Below, piece after piece: positions 25,451 to 37,551 of a stretch of DNA of 64,000 nucleotides. How positions within the stretch are numbered: the first letter of the stretch is position 1; each line of letters begins with the position of its first letter. The notes under the pieces were generated by a model. That model had not been told where the DNA came from. It did no database searches and saw nothing but the letters and a program-made list of their open reading frames with translations. The translations under genes were made by a program, and so were the position numbers. Source of the DNA: Marsupella aquatica (lineage: Eukaryota; Plantae; Marchantiophyta); assembly GCA_973895155.1 (NCBI GenBank), contig OZ316898.1:11679187-11743186 (forward strand), given 5' to 3'.

Positions 25451-26404
25451 AAGACTTTTTGCCTTAGAAACTTTTCCGCCGCGGGCCGTTACTCGTTTAA
25501 AAGAGGTTTACTCGTCCCACTTCTCGTTTGGTCCGTTACTGTGTTAAAAGAGGTTCCTCTTTTCTCATATATCCATACATGGGAAGGAAAGGGGCCAGAA
25601 TTCAAGTCTCCCCCTCCCTGTTTTCCCATCCATTTGCCTCTATCTCCTCAATCCTCAACACTCCCCTTTTTCCTATTTTGTCAGGCTTCCCAGTCTTTCC
25701 TTGACATGGCAAACATTGTTCATTTTGTACAATGACATAAAAAATCACAAAATTGTTTTCATAGCTAGTTGGTGGCCCGTACAAAAGTCTTGTCATTTCT
25801 CCATTGCCACTTAAAATGGTACCAAGTATTTGGATGGATCTGATGGTGCCAACAAAATTGATTATTTTTTAAGAGTCAGGATTGGGTCACTCTTTTTGTC
25901 ATTTTATAAATGGACTACAGAACTTTTTGGCGGGATAGGGTATTATTGTGCTTGATGTCTTTGTGACTTTCCTCTCAATGTGAGTCTTTAATAACTGTTT
26001 AGGCGCTATGCCTTCATCTGAGTTTCTAATGTTTACTTCCAGGGGCTACAACCACTCTAAGGCCCTCGCTCCCCATTCCTTGCCTTGCACCATTTTCCCA
26101 TTTCCTCAGGCCTCCCCCTCCCTGTTTTGCTTCCCAATCCTTCCTTAGCACGACAAATGTCAAATTTAGCAAGACAACCATGGTAAAATTAACCCAGGGA
26201 TGCAAAATGGGTGGCAAAGGCTCCATAGGGATGCAAGATGAGAGTCTTAAAACAAGATGACCCCCCACAAACTTATTTGAATCTAGGAAAGAGTGTCAAT
26301 CATAGGTTTTTCTTACTTTTGTCACATGTTCATTCTTTTTACATGAGAGCAATTTAAGAATCAAATTATAATGTTTTTGGCCCTTTTCTCTCTTGTCTTT
26401 TACT

Positions 26405-26683
26405 CATCGGCGGGCTCATCGGCCCTTGCATTGCCACTGCACAACCCATTGTTGGGGCCAGAAAACAGCGCCAAGGGCGCCAGCACCCCAGGCACTGGCC
26501 CCGGCCCAAGAGAGACTGAGGCACAAGCATGCACCTATGTCCCATCGGCGGGCTCATCGGCCCTTGCATTGCCACTGCACAACCCATCGTTGGGGCCAGA
26601 AAACAGCACAAGGGGGGCCAGCACCCCCGGAACTGGCCCCGGCCCAAGAGAGCAGGAGGCGCAAGCATGCACCTATGTCCCAT
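26405..26683. repeat. GC-rich 138-bp tandem duplication
   Basis: CATCGGCGGGCTCATCGGCCCTTGCATTGCC... starts at 26405 and at 26543. Confidence 0.9.
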
Positions 26684-27458
26684 GGGGAGCGCCCAGCAGA
26701 AACCGAATATACTTAGTCTGGCTCACAATGGGGCTAAGAGAAGTCTGCTAAAAATCCACTCTCTCAATGAAATCCCATTCAAACCACGCCTGAATAACCC
26801 AGTTGCAACCATGAGACGACCAGAACCTACACTGGACATCAATCCAGCTTCTGGCCTGTAGCAGCTGGAAATGTTTCCGCCCAGACAACATTCGGTGTCC
26901 GGGTTGGTGTCCCACTGCCACCTCAGAAAGCACTGATCCCAGATCAAAACTCGATCCGGCTGCCACTGGCCACCCAGTTGAAACTTGTGTTCATTGCATT
27001 CTAACCACAACCTCCATAAGACCTGATAAATCACAAATAACCTGAGTGCAGGCTGTGATTGTGTGGTCTCTTCCCAACGAAGAGATCAGCAGCACCTCCA
27101 ACGCCACACCTCACCCCTGGGCAGCAGGAGCTCAAGAATGTAATTACTTTGAGGACCCCTGTTTATGTAAGTTTGATATTATTCAACAGTTGGAGCCACC
27201 ATGAAGAGTTGACTATTGAAATAGGTTTGAAATGGAGATGAGTGGGCAAAACGAGAAGATTATTTGTAGTCTGTAGTAGTCCATGCAAAAAGTTCACAAA
27301 TGAGGTTTGAGATGGAGATGATTGGAAAAATAAGGTTATTTGTGAAAACAGTCCATGCAAAATGTTCCCTAATTACTCTTGTATATGTCCATGCAGTCCT
27401 TGTAACATTCCACAGAGTCCATGCAAATTATGTACATAGTTGAAAGGTATCTACGCTC

Positions 27459-27650
27459 CCTTGGTATTCCTATGTTCATAGTAGCCTAAGGGGCCTTGGT
27501 ATTCCTATGTTCATAGTAGCCTAAGGGTTTCTTATTGTCCCTTGGTATTTCCTTGTCCATAGTAGCCTAAGGGTTTTTTTATTGTATGTTGGTCCTGCCG
27601 TTGGCATTAATTTGTCCATAGTAACCAAAGTTTTTCTTATGTTACCTTGG
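27459..27650. repeat. Short tandem repeat (~35-45 bp unit, 3-4 copies)
   Basis: CCTTGGTATTCCTATGTTCATAGTAGCCTAAGGG occurs twice exactly, followed by degenerate copies. Confidence 0.8.
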
Positions 27651-28790
27651 TAAATGTTACAGTAAAGGAAGAGTTTGGTTCTAACCATAGGTATATGATC
27701 AAAAATTTGTCAATTAAATGAAAAATTCAGACAATTCACTGGAAAACGTTGATTCATCAATCATGACCCATCCAAAGGTTTTTTTCTTTGACCTCTTTCT
27801 TTGTTTATTTGAAGTGTGATTCTTCACTTTCCATTGTTTTTAGTTACAGGGTTGAACTGTTTTTCTTTGTCTTGCCCCTTGAAGCACAAATAGTCATGTT
27901 TGGTGCTTCTTGCATAACTAATAGTTCTGGTTACTTTGTAACCAATAGTGTTGATGTGGCTGTGTGTGCTTGCAGGGATTTTGGAAAGAACTTTCAATGG
28001 GGAGTAAGAACTTTCAATGGGAGTAGGTAAAGACTACACATGCAAATGCCGGGCACAAATGCTAGCATCTCCTGGCATGCTCTGGCATGCTCACATGAAA
28101 AGAACAGATGACAGAGGTATTGTGGTATTGTTTCAATCACGCCACAACATACCTAGCTTGCAGACCCCACGAGCTCCTCAATTTGATTTTCAAGGCTCTC
28201 TCACTCATTGCCCTTTTCATTTGTTTAGTATTAGCTTTCTATAATATTCATGTTTACTTCCTTTTCAATACATTTCTTTCATTTTTTCATGTTCACTCCA
28301 AACAAGTGTGTTGAATTTATTAGCTCTTTGGCTCAAAGACAGAATATTTAAAAGAGGCATTCCAAGTGTATTGAACTTTTGGCGCTTTGGCATTCCAAGT
28401 GTATTGAGTTTATTCGCTTTTTGTCTCAGAAACAGAATATTTAAAATAGGATTCGTTTGTTTTATTTTGATTCAAATGGAAGTAAGGTAGACTACGCGTA
28501 TGACAATGAACCGACCATGAACCGGGCTTCTTTTCAGCTCTCCGAGTAGAATGCCGTTTCTGAGGCTTGTTGGTCAAGACAGGGAACCGACATGATTTCT
28601 TCATGTGTATACAACAATCCTTCAGTCCTATCGTTGATTCATTTCTATATATTGAGCCCGTCTTCATGAGAGAGTCGGCAGATGGAAATCTGATCTGAAT
28701 TCTGCAATAGCTCACTTGCTTGATGCTAGATTCGCCCGTTTCCAGTCCATATATCCTATTAATCTGAACTTGTAGTTGGCAGCTGCAGCC

Positions 28791-31700
28791 ATGAGCTCGA
28801 ATTCTGAGAGACAGTTTATTGACCGCATTCGCCGAGAGAAGTTTGGAATCGGATCAACGGTATGTAATCCCCTCGCAGGAATGCTGCACGAAGCGATCGG
28901 TCACCTTTCAGCAGAGTTGTATCAAAAGGACGTTCATTTCATCTCAGAGTTACTCCAGGTAACTATGCACGACACTTGAGCAAGATGGTCGTCTGTTTCG
29001 TCCCATGAGCACTGCCACTTCAATTGATAATATCTGATTCATGAACAATCGTGTAGTTTAGGTGGCAGGAGGAGCAATATTACAAGTGCGTACGTCGCCT
29101 AGATGGCAACCATTTCATCGATCTTGATATATATACTAACTTCCAGAACATGACTATTGATCAATTCCTGTGCAGAACGCTGAAGACAACGTGTATGGAC
29201 GAGCAGTCTCTCCATCATTGGAGATGGTTCTTACTGGCGTCGATATCACCAAGGTTGGGGCGCAGGCAACGCTCATTCTGTTCAATAACGAAGTTGGATT
29301 CCAACCTGCGCATGTAGAAGCATTATGTGCTGTCGGGTTATCAACCAAGAAGGGGAAACGTGATAGTGGCTACATTGGAGAAAAAGGTACCATTTACTAG
29401 AGATGCCTTGTCCCACTACTGTCGTTGGTCCGGAGTCGATCTAAGCACACGTGTACTTTGGTGAATGAGCACTTATGAGTCAGTCACAACATCCACTATC
29501 CCCCAATTAGTATGTAGTACTTTTTCTAGCTACTCAGGAGCAACTGTGCAACGCAATCTACGGTTTCATGTGACTCCCCTCAATATAGATGTACATGAAT
29601 TATGATTTATTGCATCGAGAACCTATTAAGAAGTGTGATTTTTGCACGGATTTTGAATACTTCAATTCTGACCCTCATCTTTGCTTTTGGCTTGTGTTGA
29701 CCATCAGGCATTGGTTTCAAGAGTGTTTTCCTTGTGACTAGAACACCGTACATCATCAGCAACGGATATCGATTTCGGTTCACCGACGAAGCTAGTCACG
29801 AGGCGAAGATCGGCTATGTTGTTCCGGAATGGACTGACGTTCCAACCGATGCGGATCTGAGACAGGTGTATGGGAAACAGAACCTCCCGCAAACCATGAT
29901 CATTCTCCCTTTGAGACCCGACAAGATCGAACCGGTCTGAAAGCAATTGAAGCAGATTTCTCCGGAGACGCTGCTCTTTTTGTCCAAGCTACGTCAGCTC
30001 GTTGTTCGTGAAGAATCGAGAAACAGTTTGTGCATCACTCGCTCGGACATATCAGCCTCCACGAAGTCTGAGGATGAAAGATTCAAGGTGGCCACCATGA
30101 ATCTTTCGGTCGGAAGCAGTGACACACATGTTTCAGAAGAATGCAACTATCAGTTGCTACAGCAACAATTTCCTGTCACTCATCGAGTGGAGCAGAGGAA
30201 AGAGGTTGACATCTGGGACATCACCATCGCTTTCCCCTTGCTTGAACGTATCAATCCTGGCCGTTCTAGTGGGGACATTTATGCTTTTCTTCCTTCGTAC
30301 CTCACTTCTGGCTTTCCGTTTGTCATTAATGCGGATTTTCTGCTAGTTTCATCCCGGGAGACGCTGAAGTTCGACAGCCCCTGGAATAAGGGGATCCTCT
30401 CATGTGTACCCACTGCCTTCCTTTCTGCGTTTAGATTTTTCCTGAAGAATTCCCGCACTTCACGAGTACAGTCCACGGTCGACGCCGCCGTGTCCATTCG
30501 AAAAGCTTACCAGTACATCCCAGTGGAGCAGCCGCAAAACATGGAACTTTGAAAGGTTCAACAACTTGTTCTGGATCTTCTCAAGCATGAAGATTGTGTG
30601 CTGGTTGATTCTCTTGCCGGCCTCCCATTGAAGGTCGCCGCTGCTTCAGGTGGTGTTCGTAACGTGTTTTGCAAGCCAGAAATGGCCCGACTAATACGGC
30701 CGAAGTTCCGCAGTATCCTGGAGGCGTCGAATGCAGAGAGAAATTTAAATCCTCTCATCCGGAATTTGAAGTGGTACGTAGTCGACCGTGAGGTGCAGGA
30801 AACCTACAGCCCGACTCTGAAATCCCTCGGCATCACTGACATGACGGAGCGCCAGTACATTGAATGCCTCATGCACGAAGACTGGCTGCTGACTCTAAGT
30901 GACGAGCTGTATTGGGAGGTCGTTTGCTTTGTCTTGGACTACTGCAAGAATTCAAGCAGCAGTAGTATGCAAACAGTGCCGATTCTAAAATACTGTAAAG
31001 CAAATGGGTCAATTGTCCTGGCTTCCGTCGAAGAGGCACGACATAGCAATGGTGGGAAGATTTACTTGTCTCCCTTGGACAAGGGCGAACACCTTTCCGA
31101 GTGGACAACAGCATTCAAGCCTTGGGTCCCGGTACTGTTCATGCCCACAAAAACCGTACGAGTTTTGTGGAACTTAAAGCAGCAGTCAAGTCCGAAGATA
31201 AGTGGAACTGTATGGAAGTTTCTGATTTCGGTGGTACTAGACTTATCCATCGAGAAATACTTGGTACAGCTCCTGGCACTCTTGCCAACTGCCAAAGATC
31301 CGAAGTTCGTTATTCTCACCTCGGAGTTCGCGTACCAGTGCATTCTGAGAAAGGATGTGGACAGGAATTTTATGTCTACACATTACACATTATCCCCTTA
31401 ATTTCCCTATCGTCAATCAGTCTGGGGATATCAGTCTGGTCAGACGAGGTTATATCAATAACACAGTTAAGATTCTTCTTCCAGCACACGGTAGTTTGTG
31501 GCCGCAACTGAGCCTCGACTCCTGGTCAAGTGAACTAGTTGTTTTGTCTGATGACTACGTGAAGACCCCTTCGGCTTGGCCTTCACGCTTGAAAGGCTAT
31601 ATATCCGCCAAGGACGACAATCTGGACTTGGAGCCCTTTCGATCGTATCTGAAAAATGTCATGGGCGCCGTCGACATTCAAGAGATAATTCCATCAGGTG

Positions 31701-33253
31701 ATGCTTGGTATTCAATTCCCGCGCATCTCACTTCAAATATGACCATCGAGCAAGTTAGCTTGTTGCTGCGATGGCTGACAATCCAGCTTAAGAATCGGCA
31801 GTGCGCCACAAGTTGCTTCTTCCAAAACTTGAAGAAGTCTCCATGGCTTCCAACAGAAGGACATGGTCGGCGGGTACCTTCCTTATGTTTCGAGAAGAGC
31901 TCGTTTAGTGCTTTTTTCAAGTCGTCGGATGTCCCTTTTGTTGACCCATTCTTGAGTGCATTTGGACCTACTCTTGAAGATCTCGGTGTTGTCACAGAGA
32001 GGGAAATGGGTTGTGAAGCCGTTGTCAACTACATGCTCGAAATCTCCAATGATACGACGCAAACATATTCATGCAACCTCGGGCAGGCTACTCGATTGTA
32101 TAAATACCTGGAGAAGTTTCTGTGGAGACCCGCTGCAAATTCGAAGAAACTGAAAATATTTATTCCTGGCGCGACATCAAACTCTTCCAACTCATGGATT
32201 GAAAGTGAGTCCTGCGTTGTGTACAAAGATGATGGCTTTTTCGATAACTGCTTTCCTGTACTTGAAGGTTTATATGACCATAGCCTTCTTCCCTTCTTCG
32301 AAGATCTGCTGCACGTTCCAAGTCACGCAACAGTGGAGAGATACTGCTAGCTCTGGCTGAAATGGAGGATCGATGTCCACGAATTAACTGCAGATGAATG
32401 TACTCGCGTGTGGAAAATCGTGACCGGCGAGAAGCGGAAGACATGCGACACGAACGTGTGGAATGAATTTGTAGCGAAAGCCTGGGTGCCTTTGCAATCT
32501 GAGGAAACTGGTGCCTTCTGCCTTTCATCTCCGAGCACTTGCTTCATACCGGATGATCTACACCTGCTTTCTTTATTTGGAACAAATCCTGAAGTCCAGT
32601 TTGTGTGGTATCCCTGCAACACTGAGCAAATGGAATGCGCCATGAATGAGATTTACCATAAATTGGGCGTGAAGAAACTGACAGAGTGCGTGCAGGGAGA
32701 GTTCATCATTGGTGAAGATTCCGGCCGGAAGCTTTTCATACCAAATGGGAGGTTTGAAGGAGCTGGCAATGGAATCCTTTGCCCTTGACTTTTTAGAGCA
32801 ATCTTGGGTTTCATTGCGAGAAAGAAATATGGGTTGCCGAGCTCCAAAAGACACAGCCTACTTCTCTCACTGAAGGGAGTCCCACAGATAACCATTACCA
32901 GGCCACTCACCAGGTGTTATCATATTTCTTGCATGTCGTCCCCGGTGATAGTCAGCCAGGACAATGTTATGGCTTTGTGGTCCAAAACGGATGGGAAGCT
33001 CTACTGCCTCGAAAACAACGACCCAATCCTTAAAAGCTCTCTTAATAGGAGAGAGTTTCATGTTCAGCTGGCGACAACGATCTCGCTCGGACTCTTGTTT
33101 GAGCACCCACTGATAGTGGATGACCTCACTGAATTTCTTATTGGGCTACTTGATTGCGGATTTGAGAAGTCTCATGTAGAATACGAACTCCGGAGGAAAA
33201 ATGCAAAGCTGTACGAAGACGACGAGATTTTCTTGTCGCAATTTGAAATGTAG
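28791..33253 (+). pseudogene. Sacsin/NO VEIN-like GHKL ATPase, copy 2 (pseudogene)
   Basis: Same exon structure as copy 1 (28791-28958, 29176-29386, 29708-33253). Nonsense codons at 29938 (CGA>TGA), 30550 (AGA>TGA), 32348 (TAG vs CAA) and 32786 (GGA>TGA), plus a 7-bp duplication frameshift at 31378-31391. Confidence 0.9.
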
Positions 33254-33726
33254 CGGACGAGCTAGAGGAGTTTAGAATAGGCAATTCTGATGTGTGCAGT
33301 CTGGTATAAGCATTCTGTGCTCGAACTGGGTCCGAAATATGAACAATTCTACTGAACTTTCCTCAGTCAGAAATAGAAATTTGAGAATTTGTCAAATTGT
33401 TCTCCTAGCTTTCGAGCACCCTTGGAAACTTGTCTATTTGTTTGAATGTTCCTTTGTCCCTCCAGTCGTTCCTCCAAAGCTTCAACATTCACGTAAAATA
33501 TATGAATTCTTAGCTTTTCTCGCAGTATTAGAACGGTTCTCCTTAACATCTTCAATTTCACGTACATTAATTACGGGTCTAGTTAGAGACTCTTGTAATT
33601 TTAAAAATTCAGGGAAATACAGGTCTAGTTAGAGACTCTTGTAAATTAGGGGAAAAATCCATGTCATTTCATAAATTTTTAACCATGGTATCTATGTAAT
33701 TGGACTATCTACACTTGTGTGAACAC

Positions 33727-33954
33727 TTAGGTGGGACAAAAGTATCACTTCAATTCTCAGCCATTGGATGTTTATGATTGGAGTTAGGTGGGACAAAAGT
33801 ATCACTTCAATTCTCAGCCATTGGATGTTTATGATTGGAGTTAGGTGGGACAAAAGTATCACTTCAATTCTCAGCCATTGGATGTTTATGATTGGAGTTA
33901 GGTGGGACAAAAGTATCACTTCAATTCTCAGCCATTGGATATTTATGATTGGAG
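33727..33954. repeat. Near-perfect 57-bp minisatellite, 4 copies
   Basis: TTAGGTGGGACAAAAGTATCACTTCAATTCTCAGCCATTGGATGTTTATGATTGGAG at 33727, 33784, 33841 and 33898. No spacers. Confidence 0.95.
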
Positions 33955-34315
33955 CATCTAGATGCTTTGCATGTGGGAACACATGTGAGACAAAAATGGG
34001 AACTAATGTAATTAGATAATGTCCATGGATTCATGTCATGCCAAAATAGATGCATGTATATTTCTCTCCCATTTTGCTTAACCATACCATGCCAAAGTGA
34101 ATGTGTGCAATTAACTTTCCCCCCATTCCACGCCTCCACCAAATCATCATCATCAAACACTACAGTACAAGTTCCCCCCCCCTAAATCCCTCTTTTTTCT
34201 TTAACTTTTGTCCTTTATAAAATGTGGAAGGAGTGTGGGTAAATCGTAGCACATCATCAAAACATAAACTTTTTTGGTGCCATCACATCCACCAAGACAC
34301 TCCTCCCACTACACA

Positions 34316-34569
34316 ATGATTGGATATTATGCACAACTACCTCAATATCAATCACCCATTTACAATGTTATATAATCCCTATAATCAACCATTAAAGGGC
34401 TCTATAAAAATATTTGAAGTTTTGGATGATTGGACATTATTTGACAATATTTGGGAAGTTTTGGTTGATTGGTATTGAGCTAGTTTTGCATAATATCCAA
34501 TCACCCAAACTTCAAATATTTTTGTAGAGCCCTTGCTGGTTACTTATAGGGATTATATAACATTGTAAA
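34316..34569. repeat. Long imperfect inverted repeat (hairpin/MITE-like)
   Basis: TTTACAATGTTATATAATCCCTATAA (34359) pairs with TTATAGGGATTATATAACATTGTAAA (ends 34569). The stem extends ~80 bp around a ~50-nt loop. A second overlapping inverted pair is 34316-34357 / 34464-34504. Confidence 0.8.
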
Positions 34570-35940
34570 AAAAAAACTCAAATAAGATTTCCCCCCAAGT
34601 CCTTGCAACACTTAATTGTTCCCATTTCTTAATAAAAATGGGGAATGAAGAAAAATAGTGTTGAACTTGATGGCAAGCTCAAAAATTCCAAGATGAGTGA
34701 GAGAAAAAAAGGGAAACAAAAAAAGAAAAACTACTATTATTGATTTGAGAATTTCATCTCAACTTGAACTATTGAAAATTGCATAATCTAAATATATACT
34801 TTGCCAGTTTTCTTGTCATCTTCTTCCATTGTTGGTTAAGGAAACTAGCTATAGTTAGCTTGAAATATTTTGAATGTCTTGAACATCTAACCTGGTTTTT
34901 CCATTGGATTGTCGTCCATGTCCTCTACTGTAAGTGCAACACCCTTTCCAACCCTTGACAGTGGATTGGGTCTCTTACTTTGCCCCACTCCACCCCTCCT
35001 GATTTGAGTCCTGGTTGGCTGGCCCACTCCCGTTCGCTGTTCAAGGGAGGGAGAGCGTATCGGCTAACTTGAGGATGGTGACAAACATCTCATTATAAGA
35101 AACTCACAAGATGTTCACCATTGGATGATTCCAAACTAGCCAGGTTCCTTTGCTTAATCAACGGTGGAAAATGGGTTGGAATGTCATTATTTAACACAAA
35201 ATAGTGATCGACAAAGTATCCAATTCTATCATTCCTTTTGGTGTCCCTCAAGCTTGTATTTGACCGAAGGCTGTAGTACTCAACAAGAGCATACAAGAAC
35301 CTTCAAATCAAGTTAGACTTATTCAGAGTATTTGTAGTAGTGCAATCCATGCATTGACTAGATAAGTCCAACTATAAATACAAATTCTTCCACAAAGACA
35401 CAAATAAAGCTTCTTCCACTTAGAAGGCAGTTGTGTCCCAATTTGTGACTATCTCTGGAAAACTAATCAATGGTTAGCTTTGCATTGTTTTATTCCCGAC
35501 TTTGACCTTCATTGATACTAAGATTTTAACAAAGTATACCAGCATTGAAGTGAATACAAACAAAGCTTCCTCTCGGGCTTCTTGAGGCATGTGTGTATGA
35601 AAAAATTACAATTAATATATGTTAGCTGGCTTGAAGTAACAACCTTTTTGAACTTCCTTGTGTGCAACTCTTCTGAACTTTCATGTGAGAACTCTAAGCG
35701 GATTGTAGGAGTGTGATTCCCCACCAATCAAGCAAAACTTGCTTGTGCACCAAAGATGACTAAGCCAACTTCATCATTGAGATCATGTTTGTGCTTTTTA
35801 AATTTACAATCAATGCTGACATACTTTGTTAAAATCTTAGTACCCTAACAGATCCAAGCTGACCTCAAAATTTAAAACAACTTTGCCCAATTTTAATTTC
35901 ATTTCTATTAATAAAAATGGAACCAATTTCCTAATTTTTT

Positions 35941-36052
35941 GGCACCAAACAAATTTTGCCTTTCGGTAGAGTCCAATTGATAGGAAAATGGTTGTTTGGC
36001 AACAAACAAATTTTGCCTTTTCGTAGAGTCCAATTGATAGAAAAATGGTTGG
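35941..36052. repeat. 57-bp tandem duplication
   Basis: GGCA.CAAACAAATTTTGCCTTT..GTAGAGTCCAATTGATAG.AAAATGGTTG at 35941 and 35998. Confidence 0.85.
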
Positions 36053-36661
36053 AAATTAAAGCTCAATGTTACGAACACATCCCAACTAGACCCACATACT
36101 GGTTAATTGAATATAATTAGCTTTTCTTGCATATGCTCTCTGTTGACCTCAATTAAAGGCCAATCGATCGTGTGGCTAGGTCAAAGTACTCTTACTAGCA
36201 AATCTATAGTGGCCTGTAGAATCCAAATTACCCCGGCCCGCTGGAATTCATATAGAGCTCTAGCTACAATCATGTTTCGAGACAGCGAAACTAATTACAG
36301 TCCATGAAACATTTCTACAAAGTCTTCCCAATATTTAAGAAGGAAACTCACAATTTCCGAAGATATATGTAGACCGTACCGCTAATTTTCTAAAGCCATT
36401 ATGGATCACCTGATTAATCTGATATGAGTTCTTGAGACGAGCGGGGTCAGCAGACCATAGCTTCCCTCTACTTCGATAAGCTTTTGATCTTGCAACCGGC
36501 CACCTTTGACAACGCCCCTGTACCAGCGGTAAAGTTGTTGACCTTCATAGTTTGGTCCTCTGATGAACGGAAAAGGCCAGAATAATTGCGCTATAGACGA
36601 TATCTCAAGAGTTAAGAAAACGAAACAGTATGTTTCGTTAAGAAAATTATATACGGAGTAT

Positions 36662-37551
36662 TGTTAGGGACTACAGGAATCTTCAAGGTACGATTCTCCA
36701 CTTTAGCAAAAAGGAACAACATTGAGCATTAGGTAGGTAGGGACAGGAGGGTTGGCAAAGGGAAAGCATTGAAAAATAGGTTGGTAGGGACAAGAGGGCT
36801 AGGCACGTTAATTTTGCTGTGAAGCACTCCAACGGTTAGAGGGGCTAGGTGGCATGGAATGTGCAGGGTTTAGCTTGGGCCCCAATTAGTCCCTTTCAAA
36901 AGGAGTGAGGGGGCTCCAAGGGGTTTGTTTCCCTGGAAGGCCCACATCTAGGCTTTTGGTGGGATATAAATCCAAGTTCGGTGCCTAACTTTACTTTTGT
37001 TTCAATCTGCAAGAGACAGGAGAAAGACTTTAACCTGCAGCCCCCCAAAACAGAGAGACTCTTGAGACTACCCTAGGTTCTCAAAAAGACTTAAATCTAC
37101 TACTATAATCAGGCAATCGTGTCATTTTTTGTCCTTCCTCTTATTCCAAAATTCAGTATCGGTGGGAATAAAAACTTTTGGTTAGATATTTTGGGGTATT
37201 TTTTGTGTTCGTTCGATCAGCACTCGCCCTCCTTTGTGAGGCCTCCCACGTCCCGCAATACTGTCCGTCGCTCCGTGGCCTCACTCTATGCCTTGCCAGG
37301 CCCCTTGCCTCGTCTCGCTCTATGCTTGCCTCATGTCAGCCATCAATGTGGGTATAAGGGCCAGCCATCAATGCAATAAGGGTCGGCCATCAAGCCCTTG
37401 CAATGCCTGCTCTGCCTGTACATCAGGTACTGTCCTATGCTCCCCTCCTTGCCTTCCCACGCACCTGACTACCGGCTACAAGGTACTTTTCTGGCCCTCC
37501 CAGTCTGGTTCCTCATGCAGGACGCTCCTTCCCGACAAGTTTTTTTTAACA
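36662..37551. mobile_element. Possible solo LTR
   Basis: TGTTA...TAACA termini and an internal TATAAA at ~36965. No convincing 4-6 bp target-site duplication. Confidence 0.25.

Noticed and set aside
26366-26751. Overlapping 105-126-aa ORFs with repeated peptides
   Set aside because: Open in several frames because of a GC-rich 138-bp duplication; no coding signature.
33727-33954. CRISPR-like array
   Set aside because: Units are contiguous and identical with no unique spacers, there are no cas genes, and the context is eukaryotic. The same applies to 49860-50220 and 63662-63844.
35093-35800. Short minus-strand ORFs as a possible transposase remnant
   Set aside because: No motif could be recognised; not supportable without a homology search.
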